Shown: in pieces, positions 29,808 through 41,165 of the stretch
How positions within the stretch are numbered: position 1 is the first letter of the stretch
Layout: the number at the start of each line of letters is the position of its first letter
Source: a candidate division FCPU426 bacterium
GTDB lineage: Bacteria; Oederibacteriota; Muellerivitia; Muellerivitales; Muellerivitaceae
Reading direction: 5' to 3'
Length of the DNA: 64,000 bases
NCBI GenBank assembly: GCA_963719085.1
Contig: CAVRAL010000001.1
Span: forward strand, 960,001 to 1,024,000
Program-made: the position numbers and the translations under genes
Notes under the pieces: model-generated
What the model saw: the letters and a program-made list of their open reading frames with translations, nothing else
Told to the model about the DNA's origin: nothing
The model's database searches: none

Positions 29808-32036
29808 TTACAGACCGGCACCCGTGGGGTCTTGTGAAAGAATTTCAGATATTTCAAAGGCTTTTTGCGCTAAATAAGTCAAACCCGCCGCTTCATAACT
29901 TTCGGCTAATTGCGCGTAATAAATCGCGGGACGCGGCGGATGAGGAACAGCGGATGGCTTGAACCCCAAAGACTCCGGATTGACCGCTTTCAAAACATCA
30001 CTTCCGCCCCCCACCAATGAGGATAAAACCCGATAAGAAGCCGCCGCCTGGTTCGCGTAACCTTGCTGTTCGTAAAGCCGGGTTAAATTAAACCAACTGG
30101 AAACTGAACGCGGATTTAATTCCACCGCTTGCTTTAATAGACCCACCGCCAATTCCCAATGGCCTCCCTGGTTGACTAAGTAGGCCAACTCACCGCAAGC
30201 CCGCGTGTCCATCGGGTAAAAACAAAGCCCCTTGTCCAACCAGGCAAGCCCCTCCATCGGACGTCCTTGCTCCCGAAACCAATCCGCGACCTCAAAAAAC
30301 TGTTCTCCGTAGTCGTAAAAAATCCCCGTTGAGGAAAAATCCCGGTCAGCCGAATTCCAGCAGGCGGACAATCCCCGCGTTCTTTCAGCGTTCAACCCGT
30401 GCTCAAGCGCCAGGGGGGCAAATTGGAATCTCCGGCCTTGCGGAATCCACCGAGTGGCCGCCCCGGCCGGCACCCAGTTCCCTGGAATTTGGCCCAGAAC
30501 CGGTTCCAAATCGCGCGTCCCTAACGCGTAATAAACCCCGCCGGCGCCATCCCCTTTTTGAAGCAACCAACCCCATCGGCCCACGAGCGACTTTTCTTTT
30601 TTCCAATCCACACCCCAGTCAGGCCGCGCCTCGGTGATTTGATCCCATCCCCATCCATGAACCAGAAAAATATCAGGCGTCACCAAAATGTCCCGGCGAA
30701 GACCAAGCACAAACTGATCATAAAACAAAGGCATGACATACTGATCCGTACCAGCGGCCAACACCGAGTTTCGAGGGGCGAGCTTTAAGACGTTTTTCCC
30801 AAAATCACCGGCCAAGGTATAAAACCGCTTGTTTTCCAGATGAAAGACCGAAAAACCCCAAAATCCAAGCGTGATTCCAAACAAAATAAAGACCGCCGCC
30901 CCCGCCCGTCTTCCATAAGACCGAAAAAGCTTTTCGAATAAAATCAAAAAACCCCAAAACCCCAACAAGGCCCAAACACCTGAAACCGGAACTAAATAAA
31001 CATTCAATAAATAATCGATGCTTTGCGGCTCATGGACACTGGCAATCGCGGCCACCAGGGGGAAATAAAGCGACAAAAGCGAAAAACCCCAGCCCAACTT
31101 TTCCCGGAAAATAAAATAAATCCCAACACAGGCCAACAGGAAAAAACCCGGACACCAGTAGAACCATAAAACCTTAAGAATTTCCCGGGAGGACTCCAGG
31201 TAAAACGAGAGGAGATGAAAATAGGATTCGGTCCCCTTCACCAATCCGCGAGAGACCACCCAAAAGAATTCTCGAGGCGTTGTGGGATCTCCCCAACAGG
31301 GAAAAGGCGCTTTGCACGCCCGGAGCGGGAGATAAAGATAGGGTGAAATACCGATCCCCAAACTGGTCAAGGCCCATGCCAGTTTTTTGAAGGAAAAGGT
31401 CCAATGGGAGGTCCAAAACCAAAATCCCAAAAAGGGAATAAATAAAATGACCGTCTGCCAATGATTGGTCAGGCCTAACGCCCACAAGAAAAGCAGCAAA
31501 TAGCCTTCCGGTTCGTTTAAGCCTTTTTTTCCATGGCGCACCCGCCACCAAACCCAGAAACTGGCTAAAACTAAAGTCAGGGTATAAACGGCGCCCTTCG
31601 CGCTTAAGGCCTGGGCGAAAAAACCACGGTTAAATACGAGAAGAAGACCGGTGCCCATGGCCAAACCCGGGGCGATCCAAACGGACTTTGAAAACCCCCG
31701 GCGGTCCTGGACCAGCCGGAGCGCGGTCTTAGCGGTTAAAAGAACCGCGCCCAAACCCAACAGGGCGGAAAAAAGGTTATAACGAAAAGCGATGGATCCG
31801 ACCGGAACGAACGAGAACAACCGTCCGAGTAAATCAAAAAGCGGATAACCCGGCGGATGGGGCAATCCCAACGTCCAGGAGCCGGCGATCATTTCCCCGC
31901 TGTCGTCCGACATCAGATCCGGATTTTCCGCCCGCAAAAGGATTTCCCAGAGACACAGGAAAAAAAAGGGCCAAAAAAACCGGCGCCAGGGAAGCTTGGA
32001 TAATGGATTGGGTGAAGGATGGGCCAAAGAGGCCAC
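29808..32036 (-). CDS. DUF2723 (TMEM260-like GT-C glycosyltransferase) membrane protein with TPR
   Basis: DDSGEM...LGLPHPPGYPLF, NHWQT, YLYLPLRA, multiple TM segments. Confidence 0.8.
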   Translation of the reverse strand: MASLAHPSPNPLSKLPWRRFFWPFFFLCLWEILLRAENPDLMSDDSGEMIAGSWTLGLPHPPGYPLFDLLGRLFSFVPVGSIAFRYNLFSALLGLGAVLLTAKTALRLVQDRRGFSKSVWIAPGLAMGTGLLLVFNRGFFAQALSAKGAVYTLTLVLASFWVWWRVRHGKKGLNEPEGYLLLFLWALGLTNHWQTVILFIPFLGFWFWTSHWTFSFKKLAWALTSLGIGISPYLYLPLRACKAPFPCWGDPTTPREFFWVVSRGLVKGTESYFHLLSFYLESSREILKVLWFYWCPGFFLLACVGIYFIFREKLGWGFSLLSLYFPLVAAIASVHEPQSIDYLLNVYLVPVSGVWALLGFWGFLILFEKLFRSYGRRAGAAVFILFGITLGFWGFSVFHLENKRFYTLAGDFGKNVLKLAPRNSVLAAGTDQYVMPLFYDQFVLGLRRDILVTPDIFLVHGWGWDQITEARPDWGVDWKKEKSLVGRWGWLLQKGDGAGGVYYALGTRDLEPVLGQIPGNWVPAGAATRWIPQGRRFQFAPLALEHGLNAERTRGLSACWNSADRDFSSTGIFYDYGEQFFEVADWFREQGRPMEGLAWLDKGLCFYPMDTRACGELAYLVNQGGHWELAVGLLKQAVELNPRSVSSWFNLTRLYEQQGYANQAAASYRVLSSLVGGGSDVLKAVNPESLGFKPSAVPHPPRPAIYYAQLAESYEAAGLTYLAQKAFEISEILSQDPTGAGL

Positions 32037-32042
32037 CTGCTC

Positions 32043-34391
32043 TCAGGGTTTATTCAACAATTTCCACAACTCGGTTTGAGCTTCCTTGTTTTGAGGGTCA
32101 ATTTTAAGAACCCCCCGTAAAGCCTCCTCGGCCTCTTGCCGGTTCCCTGTTTTTTCCATCAAAAGCGCCAAAGCCATTTGGGACTCCAGTCTTTGCGGAT
32201 TCATTCGCACGGCGGATTCCAAAAGATTTTGAGCCGCCTTCACATTTCCATCCTTCTCGTAAAGCTGTCCCAAGTGATATTGGGCGTCCGCCAAGACGCT
32301 GTTGAGCCGGACGGTTTCATTCAACAAGTCCAAAACCGCCGCGTCATTGGCGCCGTTTTTCATTTTATTCTGGTCCATTTCCCCCATGACTTCCTTGATC
32401 CTGGCCGGGTAGGTTTTTACAATTTTCTCAAAATCCATCCTGGCCGCCTCCAATAAATTATCCTGGGTATAAATCAAGGCCAAGGATTGTTTGGAAATGG
32501 TGTCGTTGGGATCCAAACTGAGGGCCCTTTCATAACTGCGGATCGCGGCCGAATATTGCCGCTGTCCCAGAAGCCATTGCCCCAAGCCGTCGAATCCTTC
32601 CACATAGCGGTGGTAGTATCGGGCCGCGGGCCCGTCGCTCGCATCCTTTGCCTGCACCACATCGGTCAAATCGTAACGGGCTTGGACATCCTCCACCTTT
32701 TCCGGGCTCAACGTATTCGGGCTGAATCGTTGGGTGAGCAAGGTCGGAACCGCCGCCGGACCGTCCCAGTTTGCCGGCAGCGAAGCGATATCCCAATCAA
32801 TTTCCCTTCCACTTTCGTTGGATCGGATCAAATCAATCAGGACCGATTCGCTGGAGCCGTTAATTTTGGAGAAAAGCAAAGCCGAGTCCCGGCCGATGAC
32901 TTGGGACAAATACCATTTTTGGTTCAAATCCTGCTCATCCAAAATGAGGATGCCGGGGGTCAGGGGTTCAGAAAGGCGGGCCACCCGGCAGGCGGCCGCC
33001 TCAAATGGATCTTGGCAAATAAGGACACCGTTGGCGTCAAGCCCCCGAATGAGATTAAGCGCGTGCTGCTGCGGGAACAAAAAATCCCCCCGAAGAGAGG
33101 ACTGCCCCGGAAGAAAAGCGGCCGCGCAAGACAAAAGAGCCCCGGCGGCCAATGTTCCCGCCCAGAGACGAAGGGACACTCCGGCGGCCGATTTACGGTC
33201 ATAATGCTTTTCGCCGGTCCGAATTAACAGCTCGGCCAACCCGGCGAAAACCCAAAGTCCGGTCGGCCCCGCCTGCCAGGACGACTCGGACGCGAAACCA
33301 ACCGCCAGGATCAACGCCGCAGCCCAAACGATAAAATCTTTTCCGGCCGAGAAGGCGCCCGTGATCTTCCACCGGTAAATCAGAAGAAACAAAAGCGCGA
33401 GTAAAAATGGAACGAGCGCCCAGCCTAAAAAACCGAACGAATCCAGGAAACCCCAGTCAAAAAGAAAATGCCTTTCCACGAGATCTTTGGCCTGCGTCAT
33501 CCCGACGCTAAAAGGCGAGGCGCCGCCCCAGGAGGGAAAAAATTGAAGGGTTCTAAAAACCACCCATAAAAAAGGGCTAAGCCCCAAGACTAAAAACAAA
33601 AAGGCCCTTTTCGGTCTTTCCACTTCCCGTGAATCGGCCAGCCCCAGGTTAAGAAGTCCTAAGACGCCCCAGGCCGGATGCACGCTCCAAAGCAGTCCCG
33701 TGAGAAGCCCCAAACTTTCCCCTTGGACTTCCCCCGCCTTTAAGGAAAGCCTTTGCCAAACAAAAAGTAAAAGTCCCAGCATGGCCACGGATCCGGAAGC
33801 GATCGTTCCCGCTTCCCAAAAAGGACGGCTGGCCAGCACGGATCCGGATAAAAGGAGAAGAACCACAAACGAACCGGCCGTTTTTTCCCGGACCAGGGTG
33901 AACCACCAAAGCGCTATCAAGACAAAACTAAAACCCGCCAAAACCACAGCCTGCATGGGCAGGGTAAAAAAATCCCCGTGAAAAATATAAATTGAGGCTT
34001 GCCCCAGCAGATAAGTCAGCGGTGACCAAAGCGGCTGGGTGACCGCGCCGGCTTGAACCGCCAAAAAGTAATCCGGATCCCGGCCCCAGTAAAAAGAAGG
34101 CGCCTGGGTCAAACCATATAGCGCCACCGCGCCCACGCCGCTGAGCCCGGCCCCCAGCCACGCGAAAGAGGAAAACGGGTGGAGCCGATGCGCGCCCCAG
34201 CCCGCCAAAAAAGCCGCGAACGACAACAATATCCAAACGGATCCCAAGCCCATGTTGCCTTGGGCAAAAACGAACCATCCTCCCAAACCCATGGCGACGC
34301 CCGCCGCATTGGCGGCTTTTCGGAAAATCCGCCGTTGGTGGCGGCGAACCCGGATCTGCTCTTCGGCGGCGACTTCCTCAATATTACGCAT
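32043..34391 (-). CDS. Polytopic membrane protein with C-terminal TPRs, probable degenerate DUF2723 paralog
   Basis: Many TM segments; RDPDYF...TQPLWSPLTYLLG sits where DSGE...HPPGYPL would be; TPR tail. Confidence 0.6.
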   Translation of the reverse strand: MRNIEEVAAEEQIRVRRHQRRIFRKAANAAGVAMGLGGWFVFAQGNMGLGSVWILLSFAAFLAGWGAHRLHPFSSFAWLGAGLSGVGAVALYGLTQAPSFYWGRDPDYFLAVQAGAVTQPLWSPLTYLLGQASIYIFHGDFFTLPMQAVVLAGFSFVLIALWWFTLVREKTAGSFVVLLLLSGSVLASRPFWEAGTIASGSVAMLGLLLFVWQRLSLKAGEVQGESLGLLTGLLWSVHPAWGVLGLLNLGLADSREVERPKRAFLFLVLGLSPFLWVVFRTLQFFPSWGGASPFSVGMTQAKDLVERHFLFDWGFLDSFGFLGWALVPFLLALLFLLIYRWKITGAFSAGKDFIVWAAALILAVGFASESSWQAGPTGLWVFAGLAELLIRTGEKHYDRKSAAGVSLRLWAGTLAAGALLSCAAAFLPGQSSLRGDFLFPQQHALNLIRGLDANGVLICQDPFEAAACRVARLSEPLTPGILILDEQDLNQKWYLSQVIGRDSALLFSKINGSSESVLIDLIRSNESGREIDWDIASLPANWDGPAAVPTLLTQRFSPNTLSPEKVEDVQARYDLTDVVQAKDASDGPAARYYHRYVEGFDGLGQWLLGQRQYSAAIRSYERALSLDPNDTISKQSLALIYTQDNLLEAARMDFEKIVKTYPARIKEVMGEMDQNKMKNGANDAAVLDLLNETVRLNSVLADAQYHLGQLYEKDGNVKAAQNLLESAVRMNPQRLESQMALALLMEKTGNRQEAEEALRGVLKIDPQNKEAQTELWKLLNKP

Positions 34392-35139
34392 GCATTCTCC
34401 CGGCCGCGAGCGCCAATCCCATTAAAGTCAAATCCGGCTCGATTTCCCGGAACAATCCCGTGTCCTCAAATACATGGCACCAGCCGCCCGTGGCCACCGC
34501 CGGGCAGCGCGCCGCGCCCAGTTCTTTTCGGATCCGCGAGAGAATCTCACGGGTCTCTCCCAAGGTTCCGTAATAGATGCCGGAACGGATGGCTTCGGTC
34601 GTTGTGCGGCCCACGGTTTTTTTCACTTTGGCGAACTTGACCAGAGGCAGTTTAGCCGTTTGGTCGTGCATGGCCTTCAGCGACATGCCGATCCCGGGAA
34701 CAATGACGCCGCCCCGGTAGGCGCCGGCCTTATCCACCACGTCAAAGGTCGTGCCGGTCCCGTAATCCACCACAATGACGGGAGCGCCATAAAGATGTTG
34801 GGCCGCCAGGCTGTTCACGATCCTGTCCGCTCCAACTTCGCGCGGTTTTTTATAACGGATTTCAATGCCAAGCTTGGGATCGCCCGGAACCACAAAATCG
34901 GCTCTTTTCCCAAAAACTTTCAGAACCGCCTTGGCGACGATGGAATCCACCGGCGGAACCACGCTGGAAACAACCACTTGGTCCGCTTCCCCGATCCCGC
35001 CAAGCGCCCGGGCCCATCGCAGGGCGGTCGAAGGGGCATGAAGCGCCTGGGTCTGGGCGGCATGGCGGCGGACGACTTTTAAATGACGCATCAGCCCTGA
35101 AACCACCCGGCTGTTTCCAATATCAATGGCCCAAATCAT
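34384..35139 (-). CDS. coaX: Type III pantothenate kinase
   Basis: IDIGNS, SSVVP, GADR, VDYGTGTTFD, ATGG. Confidence 0.95.
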   Translation of the reverse strand: MIWAIDIGNSRVVSGLMRHLKVVRRHAAQTQALHAPSTALRWARALGGIGEADQVVVSSVVPPVDSIVAKAVLKVFGKRADFVVPGDPKLGIEIRYKKPREVGADRIVNSLAAQHLYGAPVIVVDYGTGTTFDVVDKAGAYRGGVIVPGIGMSLKAMHDQTAKLPLVKFAKVKKTVGRTTTEAIRSGIYYGTLGETREILSRIRKELGAARCPAVATGGWCHVFEDTGLFREIEPDLTLMGLALAAGRMHA

Positions 35140-36188
35140 TTTTTCCTCGTTTTTAACGAACGGTTATGGATTTTTCGCTTCGAGAGGCGCAAAAGTTCCA
35201 CGTCCCCCGCTAAGATTTTTTCCACCATGCCCAAATCATTGCGGACCAAAAGGGCGCCGCCCTCATCCACACCCACCACTTGGGCGTATAAAACCCGGTT
35301 CGATTGATGGATCCGAACCTGGCGCTGATTCAATAAAGAGCGTTTACGCCATTCCGCCAGCACCCGCTGAAACTGCCGCTTGCGGACCCACCCTTCCACT
35401 TTTTGTAAATGAAGAAGCAAATTTTGAAAAAAGGCGACCCGATCGATTTTTTTACCCGTATGCCGGTAATAACTGGTCGCCTGGCTTCGTAAGTCCCGGG
35501 AAAAATCGCCGGATTCCTGGTTCAAATTGACGCCAATGCCTAAAACCGCGAAAGCTATTTTATCCTGTTTTCCCCGGGTTTCCGTCAAAATGCCGCAAGC
35601 TTTACGCCCCCCCAAATAAACGTCATTGGGCCATTTGATCTTCGGCTTCAATTTCCAGTTTTCAAAAGTAAAGGCCACCGCCACCGCCGCCGCCAAGGTG
35701 AGCTCCGAGGCTTCTTGAAAGGACAGCGTCGGCCGCAAAATCACCGAAAAGGCCAAACCTTTGCCCTCGGACGAAATCCAGCTTCGCCCCTGCCGGCCCC
35801 GTCCGCGGGTTTGGTTTTCAGCGACTAAGACCGTTCCGTCCGCCGCCCCTTTTTCGCCCAGGAGCAGGGCCCGGTCATTGGTGGAGGCGATGGTTTCAAA
35901 AGCCTGAAGCGTCTTGCCGAGCCGGTCGGTCTCCAAGCCCCGTAATAATCTTTCAGGAAAAAAACGGTCCGGTTCGGACGCGAGCCTTAATTTTCCATCC
36001 GCTTGCGTCTCAAACCCATAACCATCCCGGGCCATCGACGCCAATTCTTTTTCCAATTCGTGAACGGTGAGTCCCGCCGCCGAAGCCAACTTCCCCGGAA
36101 AAACAGGGCGGCCTTCCCCCTTGGCCAACAAAGTAAGAATCTTGAATTGAGAGGGAGAAAAACGATAAGCCGCCGTCTCGACGCTCAT
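35136..36188 (-). CDS. birA: Biotin--acetyl-CoA-carboxylase ligase with N-terminal HTH
   Basis: STND, QTRGRGRQGRSW, IKWPND, KACGIL.E, GIGVN. Confidence 0.95.
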   Translation of the reverse strand: MSVETAAYRFSPSQFKILTLLAKGEGRPVFPGKLASAAGLTVHELEKELASMARDGYGFETQADGKLRLASEPDRFFPERLLRGLETDRLGKTLQAFETIASTNDRALLLGEKGAADGTVLVAENQTRGRGRQGRSWISSEGKGLAFSVILRPTLSFQEASELTLAAAVAVAFTFENWKLKPKIKWPNDVYLGGRKACGILTETRGKQDKIAFAVLGIGVNLNQESGDFSRDLRSQATSYYRHTGKKIDRVAFFQNLLLHLQKVEGWVRKRQFQRVLAEWRKRSLLNQRQVRIHQSNRVLYAQVVGVDEGGALLVRNDLGMVEKILAGDVELLRLSKRKIHNRSLKTRKK

Positions 36189-36203
36189 GAAGGCTCCCGG
36201 AAA

Positions 36204-37085
36204 TTATTTTGATACGGGAAACAACGCCATGGAAAAATCAATGGAAGGCGCCGAATGGGTGAGCGCTCCGGACGAGAACCGGTCCACCGGCAAGGAAGCG
36301 TAACGCCCGATGTTCTTCAAGGTCAGCCCACCCGAAGTCTCGATTTGGACCCGGCCCTTGGTCTTTTTAATAATCTCGCGGAAAAGCCGGGGCAAGGCGT
36401 TATCGACCAAAATAAGGTCGGCGCCGGCCGCGACGGCCGCCAAAGCGTCCTTTAGATTCTCGACCTCCACCTCAATGAACTCCCGGCGCCCATAGCGCTG
36501 GCGGGCCGCGGTGACCGTTTGGGTGACGCCACCGCCGAGGGACAAGTGGTTGTCCTTGATCAGCACATGGCCGGAAAGATTGAAGCGGTGGTTTTTGCCG
36601 CCACCCACCCGGACCGCGTACCGCTCCAATGGACGCAGGAGCGGTGTGGTCTTGCGGGTATCGTAAATACGAGGGCTACCCAATTCATCCCGGAAACGCC
36701 GGGTCAAGGTGGCCACCCCCGAAAGACGGCTGAGAAAATTCAGCGAGAGACGCTCGCCGGATAAAAGCGCTTGGGCCGGTCCGGAAAGGACCGCCACCTT
36801 AGTTTCTTTTTTGATTTCCCGGCCTTCTTGGCGCAGCGCCAGGACCCGGCAGCGGGAATCCAGCAATCGATAAATGGACGCGACCAAGGGAAGTCCGGCC
36901 AGAACGCCCGGCTGTTTGGCGCGGATCTCGCCCCGGGCCCAAAGGGACCGGGGCACGGTGGCCCGGGTGGTGCGGTCGTTCTGCGCGCCGTCCTCTTCCA
37001 GGGCTTGGTGCAAAATTTTTTGAAGCGAGGCTTTCGAGAAGCCTTCGGCGCTTAAATCCAGGGGTCGGACGGGGATCGGGCTCAA
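36204..37085 (-). CDS. nadC: Quinolinate phosphoribosyltransferase
   Basis: DTRKTTP, NHR..L...VLIKDNH, EVEVE, SGALTHS. Confidence 0.95.
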   Translation of the reverse strand: MSPIPVRPLDLSAEGFSKASLQKILHQALEEDGAQNDRTTRATVPRSLWARGEIRAKQPGVLAGLPLVASIYRLLDSRCRVLALRQEGREIKKETKVAVLSGPAQALLSGERLSLNFLSRLSGVATLTRRFRDELGSPRIYDTRKTTPLLRPLERYAVRVGGGKNHRFNLSGHVLIKDNHLSLGGGVTQTVTAARQRYGRREFIEVEVENLKDALAAVAAGADLILVDNALPRLFREIIKKTKGRVQIETSGGLTLKNIGRYASLPVDRFSSGALTHSAPSIDFSMALFPVSK

Positions 37086-39739
37086 GTTTTTAAAAATTCC
37101 AGGTTCTTTCGGATCCGGGCCGCTTTTTCCCGGGCCTCGGACAGCTTCGCCTTTTCCGCCGCGATGACCTCGGCCGGGGCGCGGCTGACGAACTGCTCGT
37201 TGGAAAGTTTCCCTTCCACCGACTGAACAAATTTTTCCAGTTTTTGCACCTCTTTCTCTTGCCGCGCCGATTCGGCGGCCAAATCGATAAGACCCTCCAA
37301 ATGGACATAAACTTCGCCCCCGCCGACCACGGCGATGGCCGTCTTCGCGGGCCGGGACGCCGCTTGGCCGATCTCGCTCACCTTGCAGAGTTTTTTCATC
37401 AGTTCTTCCGAGCCGGCCAACTTGGACAAAAAGGCCTTCTCCTGGAGAAGGGAAACCCGGATCTCGGTGGCCGGCGGGACGTTCAATTCACTGCGGGCGG
37501 TCCTCACCGCCGTCACCACTTCCTGTAAAAACTCAAAAGCCGCCACCGAGTCGGGCGCTTGGGGATATTCGGAAGCGCTGGGCCATGGGGCCAGCATCAG
37601 ACTCTGTCGTGAACCCGGTAAGCGGTGCCAAAGTTCTTCCGTCACGAAAGGCATGATCGGCTGCAAAAGCCTCAACACCGCGTCCAAAACCGCCACGGCC
37701 AGAGCCGCGGTTTCTTGTTTCACGGGAGAATCCGCCGGCAGATAAAGCCGGGGCTTGATCGATTCCCAATACCAATCACAGACCTCGTTCCAGAGGAAGC
37801 GGTAAAGGGTTTGGGACAGTTCAGCCACCTTGTAACTTTCGTAATAACGGCCCGCCTCCTCGATCACCCGCGACAAACGGGTGACAATCCACTTGTCTTC
37901 CAAGCGGGTCAAAGGGGTCTTTTTAAAATCATAAACCGAGACTTCCTGAGTTCCCACCGCCATCAAAAGAAACCGGGTGGCGTTATAAAGTTTATTCACG
38001 AAATTTCGGGATGATTCCAGCCGATCCGGCGTCAAGGACACGTAGCGTTGGCGGGTCTCAATGGAGGTCAAGGTGAAGCGCAAAGCGTCGGTGCCGTATT
38101 TGTCGATCATGTCCAAAGGATCCACCACGTTCCCCTTGGACTTGCTCATCTTTTTGCCCTCTTCGTCCGCCACCAGGGAATAAATGTAAACCTGCTCAAA
38201 GGGCACCCGGTCCATGAATTTCAGCCCCATCATCATCATGCGGGCGACCCAGAAAAAAAGAATGTCCCAGCTGGTCACCAAAACGGAGGTGGGGTAAAAA
38301 AGCTCCAACTCTTTGGTTTTTTCAGGCCAACCCAAGGTCGAAAAAGGCCAGAGGGCCGACGAGAACCAGGTGTCGAGCACATCGGGATCTTGCTCAAAAA
38401 CCTGTTTGCCGCAATTGGAGCAAACCTTCGGCTCCCCGTCGGAGGCCATTTGATGGGAACAGGCCTTGCAGTTATAAACCGGGATCCGGTGGCCCCACCA
38501 AATTTGGCGGCTGATGCACCAATCCTGGATATTGTTGAGCCAGCGGTCATACTCGGCCCGCCACATCTCGGGAATGAACTGGGTTTTTCCGTCGGCCACA
38601 GCCTTCAAAGCCCGTTCGGCCAGCGGTTTCATTTTGACGAACCATTGTTTGGAGTAGTAGGGTTCCACCACGGTCCCGCATCGGTAGCAATGGCCCACGT
38701 TATGCTCATGGGGCTCGACTTTTAAGAGCAGGCCCGAGGCTGTCAGGTCTTCCACAATTTTTTTACGCGCGGCAAACCGGTCCAACCCCTTATAAACTCC
38801 CGCGTTCTCATTCAGGGTTCCGTCCGGATTGAGGATGTTGATCTGGGGAAGTTTATGCCGGTTGCCGACTTGGAAATCGTTGAAGTCATGGGCGGGGGTA
38901 ATCTTGACCACGCCGGTTCCAAAATCCTTATCCACATAGGTGTCTTGGATGATCGGAATACGCCTTCCCGTCAAAGGCACCGCGACGGATTTCCCCACCA
39001 GCCCGGCGTAACGGTCGTCATCCGGATGGATGGCCACCGCGGTGTCCCCCAAAAGGGTCTCCGGCCGGGTCGTCGCCACTTCCAACCCGTCCTTGGGGTC
39101 ATGCACAAAGGGATAGCGGATATGGTAGAAAAAACCCTGGGTCGGTTTATGTTCCACCTCAATGTCCGAGAGGGCGGTTTGGCAGCTGGGGCACCAATTA
39201 ATTAAATAGTAGTCCTGATAAATTAACTTATCATTGTAAAGCGAGATAAAAACCTGGCGGACGGCCTTGGAAAGACCCTCGTCCAAGGTGAACCGCTCCC
39301 GGCTCCAATCGCAGGAAGCCCCCATTTTGCGGATCTGTTGGGTAATGGCGGTTCCGTATTTTTCTTTCCATTCCCAGGTGCGTTTCACGAAAGCCTCGCG
39401 CCCCAGGTCATAACGGGTTTTGCCTTCCTTGCGCAATTCCCTTTCCACCACGTTTTGGGTGGCGATCCCAGCGTGATCGGTTCCCGGAAGCCAGAGCACG
39501 TTAAAACCATTCATGCGTTTGTAACGGGCGATCAAATCCTGCAGGGTGTGGTTCAAGGCGTGGCCCATATGCAGACGGCCCGTCACGTTCGGCGGCGGGA
39601 TCACCATGGAAAAAGGCGGCTTTTCTTTTGAGGTGGAGGCCGTGAAATAGCCGGATTTTTCCCAAAACTCATACCAGCGGCCCTCCAGATCCTTTGGATC
39701 GTAAGCGGGCGGCATCAAATTGGGGTCATTGTTTTCCAT
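37082..39739 (-). CDS. valS: Valine--tRNA ligase
   Basis: [39 protein letters not shown]-terminal coiled coil. Confidence 0.98.
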   Translation of the reverse strand: MENNDPNLMPPAYDPKDLEGRWYEFWEKSGYFTASTSKEKPPFSMVIPPPNVTGRLHMGHALNHTLQDLIARYKRMNGFNVLWLPGTDHAGIATQNVVERELRKEGKTRYDLGREAFVKRTWEWKEKYGTAITQQIRKMGASCDWSRERFTLDEGLSKAVRQVFISLYNDKLIYQDYYLINWCPSCQTALSDIEVEHKPTQGFFYHIRYPFVHDPKDGLEVATTRPETLLGDTAVAIHPDDDRYAGLVGKSVAVPLTGRRIPIIQDTYVDKDFGTGVVKITPAHDFNDFQVGNRHKLPQINILNPDGTLNENAGVYKGLDRFAARKKIVEDLTASGLLLKVEPHEHNVGHCYRCGTVVEPYYSKQWFVKMKPLAERALKAVADGKTQFIPEMWRAEYDRWLNNIQDWCISRQIWWGHRIPVYNCKACSHQMASDGEPKVCSNCGKQVFEQDPDVLDTWFSSALWPFSTLGWPEKTKELELFYPTSVLVTSWDILFFWVARMMMMGLKFMDRVPFEQVYIYSLVADEEGKKMSKSKGNVVDPLDMIDKYGTDALRFTLTSIETRQRYVSLTPDRLESSRNFVNKLYNATRFLLMAVGTQEVSVYDFKKTPLTRLEDKWIVTRLSRVIEEAGRYYESYKVAELSQTLYRFLWNEVCDWYWESIKPRLYLPADSPVKQETAALAVAVLDAVLRLLQPIMPFVTEELWHRLPGSRQSLMLAPWPSASEYPQAPDSVAAFEFLQEVVTAVRTARSELNVPPATEIRVSLLQEKAFLSKLAGSEELMKKLCKVSEIGQAASRPAKTAIAVVGGGEVYVHLEGLIDLAAESARQEKEVQKLEKFVQSVEGKLSNEQFVSRAPAEVIAAEKAKLSEAREKAARIRKNLEFLKT

Positions 39740-40337
39740 AAACATCCTCAGTGGAATTCGTGGCGTTGGAAGCCGTCGTCGCGCTTTCCGTGGTTCCCAG
39801 GGCGTAATGCCCGGCTAGGCTGGGCGCGTCCAAACCATTCACCAAAAGCTTGATTTGCTTCACTTCCGAAAAATTCTTAGTCAAGGTCTCAATGAGGCCC
39901 CGAACAAACAAAAGCTCCTCATAAAAACCCATGGAGCCCGCCGTCAAATTGGCGGTGGAAACGTCCACGACCGCTCCTTCTTGCGGCGTAAAATAAACCT
40001 CATTCACCGTGAGCCCCGCGGGAATATCCAGACGATTGCTCTGGGCCACAAAAGCCAGAACGGCTTGTTTCATTTGGTTCAATCGGCTTTTGCTTTGGCG
40101 GATAGTCACGGGGAAATCAGCCCATTTCCCGGTTCGAAGATCCAATCCTTTTAAGTTAATCTTCAGCGGTTTATCCTCGGGCGCGAACAAGGGCAATTCA
40201 ACGCTGCCGGCATCCGTCACCGCCGGCGCGCTGGTTTTCAACGCCCGGTCATGGAGCGCCGCGATGCCGAGTGCCGCCCCCAAAAACAGGGCGCTCGCCG
40301 CCGAAAGAATCCATTTGTTTTTCAGGTTCAATCTCAA
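39726..40337 (-). CDS. GerMN domain-containing membrane-anchored protein
   Basis: TM helix; IP.GL...VY....AVVD...EELL.V..LI.TL..NF.EVK.IKLLVNG.....LAGH; follows an amidase gene; TTG start inferred. Confidence 0.75.
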   Translation of the reverse strand: MRLNLKNKWILSAASALFLGAALGIAALHDRALKTSAPAVTDAGSVELPLFAPEDKPLKINLKGLDLRTGKWADFPVTIRQSKSRLNQMKQAVLAFVAQSNRLDIPAGLTVNEVYFTPQEGAVVDVSTANLTAGSMGFYEELLFVRGLIETLTKNFSEVKQIKLLVNGLDAPSLAGHYALGTTESATTASNATNSTEDVYGKQ

Positions 40338-40362
40338 TCCAAGCCTCCGAAATAAAACCGCG

Positions 40363-41088
40363 TCATTCGTTGGGAATCCGAAGATACTCGTCCACACCCT
40401 TGACGGCTTTGGAACAAAAGGAATCGATGGCGGCCGAATCGGAAAATTTCTTGAGATCGGACGCGTTGGTTAAAAACAAAGGAATCACGTCCACCGAAGG
40501 GATCGTCAAGTTCCTCAAGCTTTGCTCCGGCGCGCAAAGAATCCGGCCCGTCGCCGTGCCCGACTCCCCTAAAAGTCCCCGGCTGTCCGAAAGGGCCGAG
40601 AACTCCTGGTTGGTCCCTAACTGAATGGCCAAAGCCCGGGCCAAGCGAAGGCTGGCGCGGTATTGGGTTAAAGTCACAATGCCCCAACGGCTGATTTCGT
40701 CCCCCGGCGCGAAGTCCGGATGATTGGGCGGCTCGACCACTAAAAAAGGCCCCGGAATGATCCCGCTCATTTCCCGATCCGCGTGAATCACCAAAACAGC
40801 GGCCGCGCCCGAAGTGTTGATGAGTTGGGCCCTTTTGTCGGGATCCAGCGCGATATCCCCGTCCCGGGAGAGCGTCACGTCAAATCCCGCGCGCGCGAAA
40901 GCCCCCTTGAGGGCCAGCGCGAACTTCAAATCCCAAACTTTTTCCTGTTCTTTGCCGGCCACACTCCCGCTGTCCGGACCGCCATGGGCCGCGTCGATAA
41001 AAATAAGCGGATTGGCGAAGGCTTTCGGACCCAAACAAAGAAACAGGCCGAAGAGAAATAAAATTTTAAAGCTTAATTTTTTCGCCAC
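40363..41088 (-). CDS. N-acetylmuramoyl-L-alanine amidase (Amidase_3), divergent
   Basis: Signal peptide; IDAAHGG.D.G...EK; SRDGD...R; VIHAD. Confidence 0.75.
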   Translation of the reverse strand: MAKKLSFKILFLFGLFLCLGPKAFANPLIFIDAAHGGPDSGSVAGKEQEKVWDLKFALALKGAFARAGFDVTLSRDGDIALDPDKRAQLINTSGAAAVLVIHADREMSGIIPGPFLVVEPPNHPDFAPGDEISRWGIVTLTQYRASLRLARALAIQLGTNQEFSALSDSRGLLGESGTATGRILCAPEQSLRNLTIPSVDVIPLFLTNASDLKKFSDSAAIDSFCSKAVKGVDEYLRIPNE

Positions 41089-41165
41089 GTCAATTTTCCC
41101 CTCATGGGATGGTTTGAAAACAATCCGGCCGAAATATTCGACTACGAGTTCCGAGCCGTCCGGTC

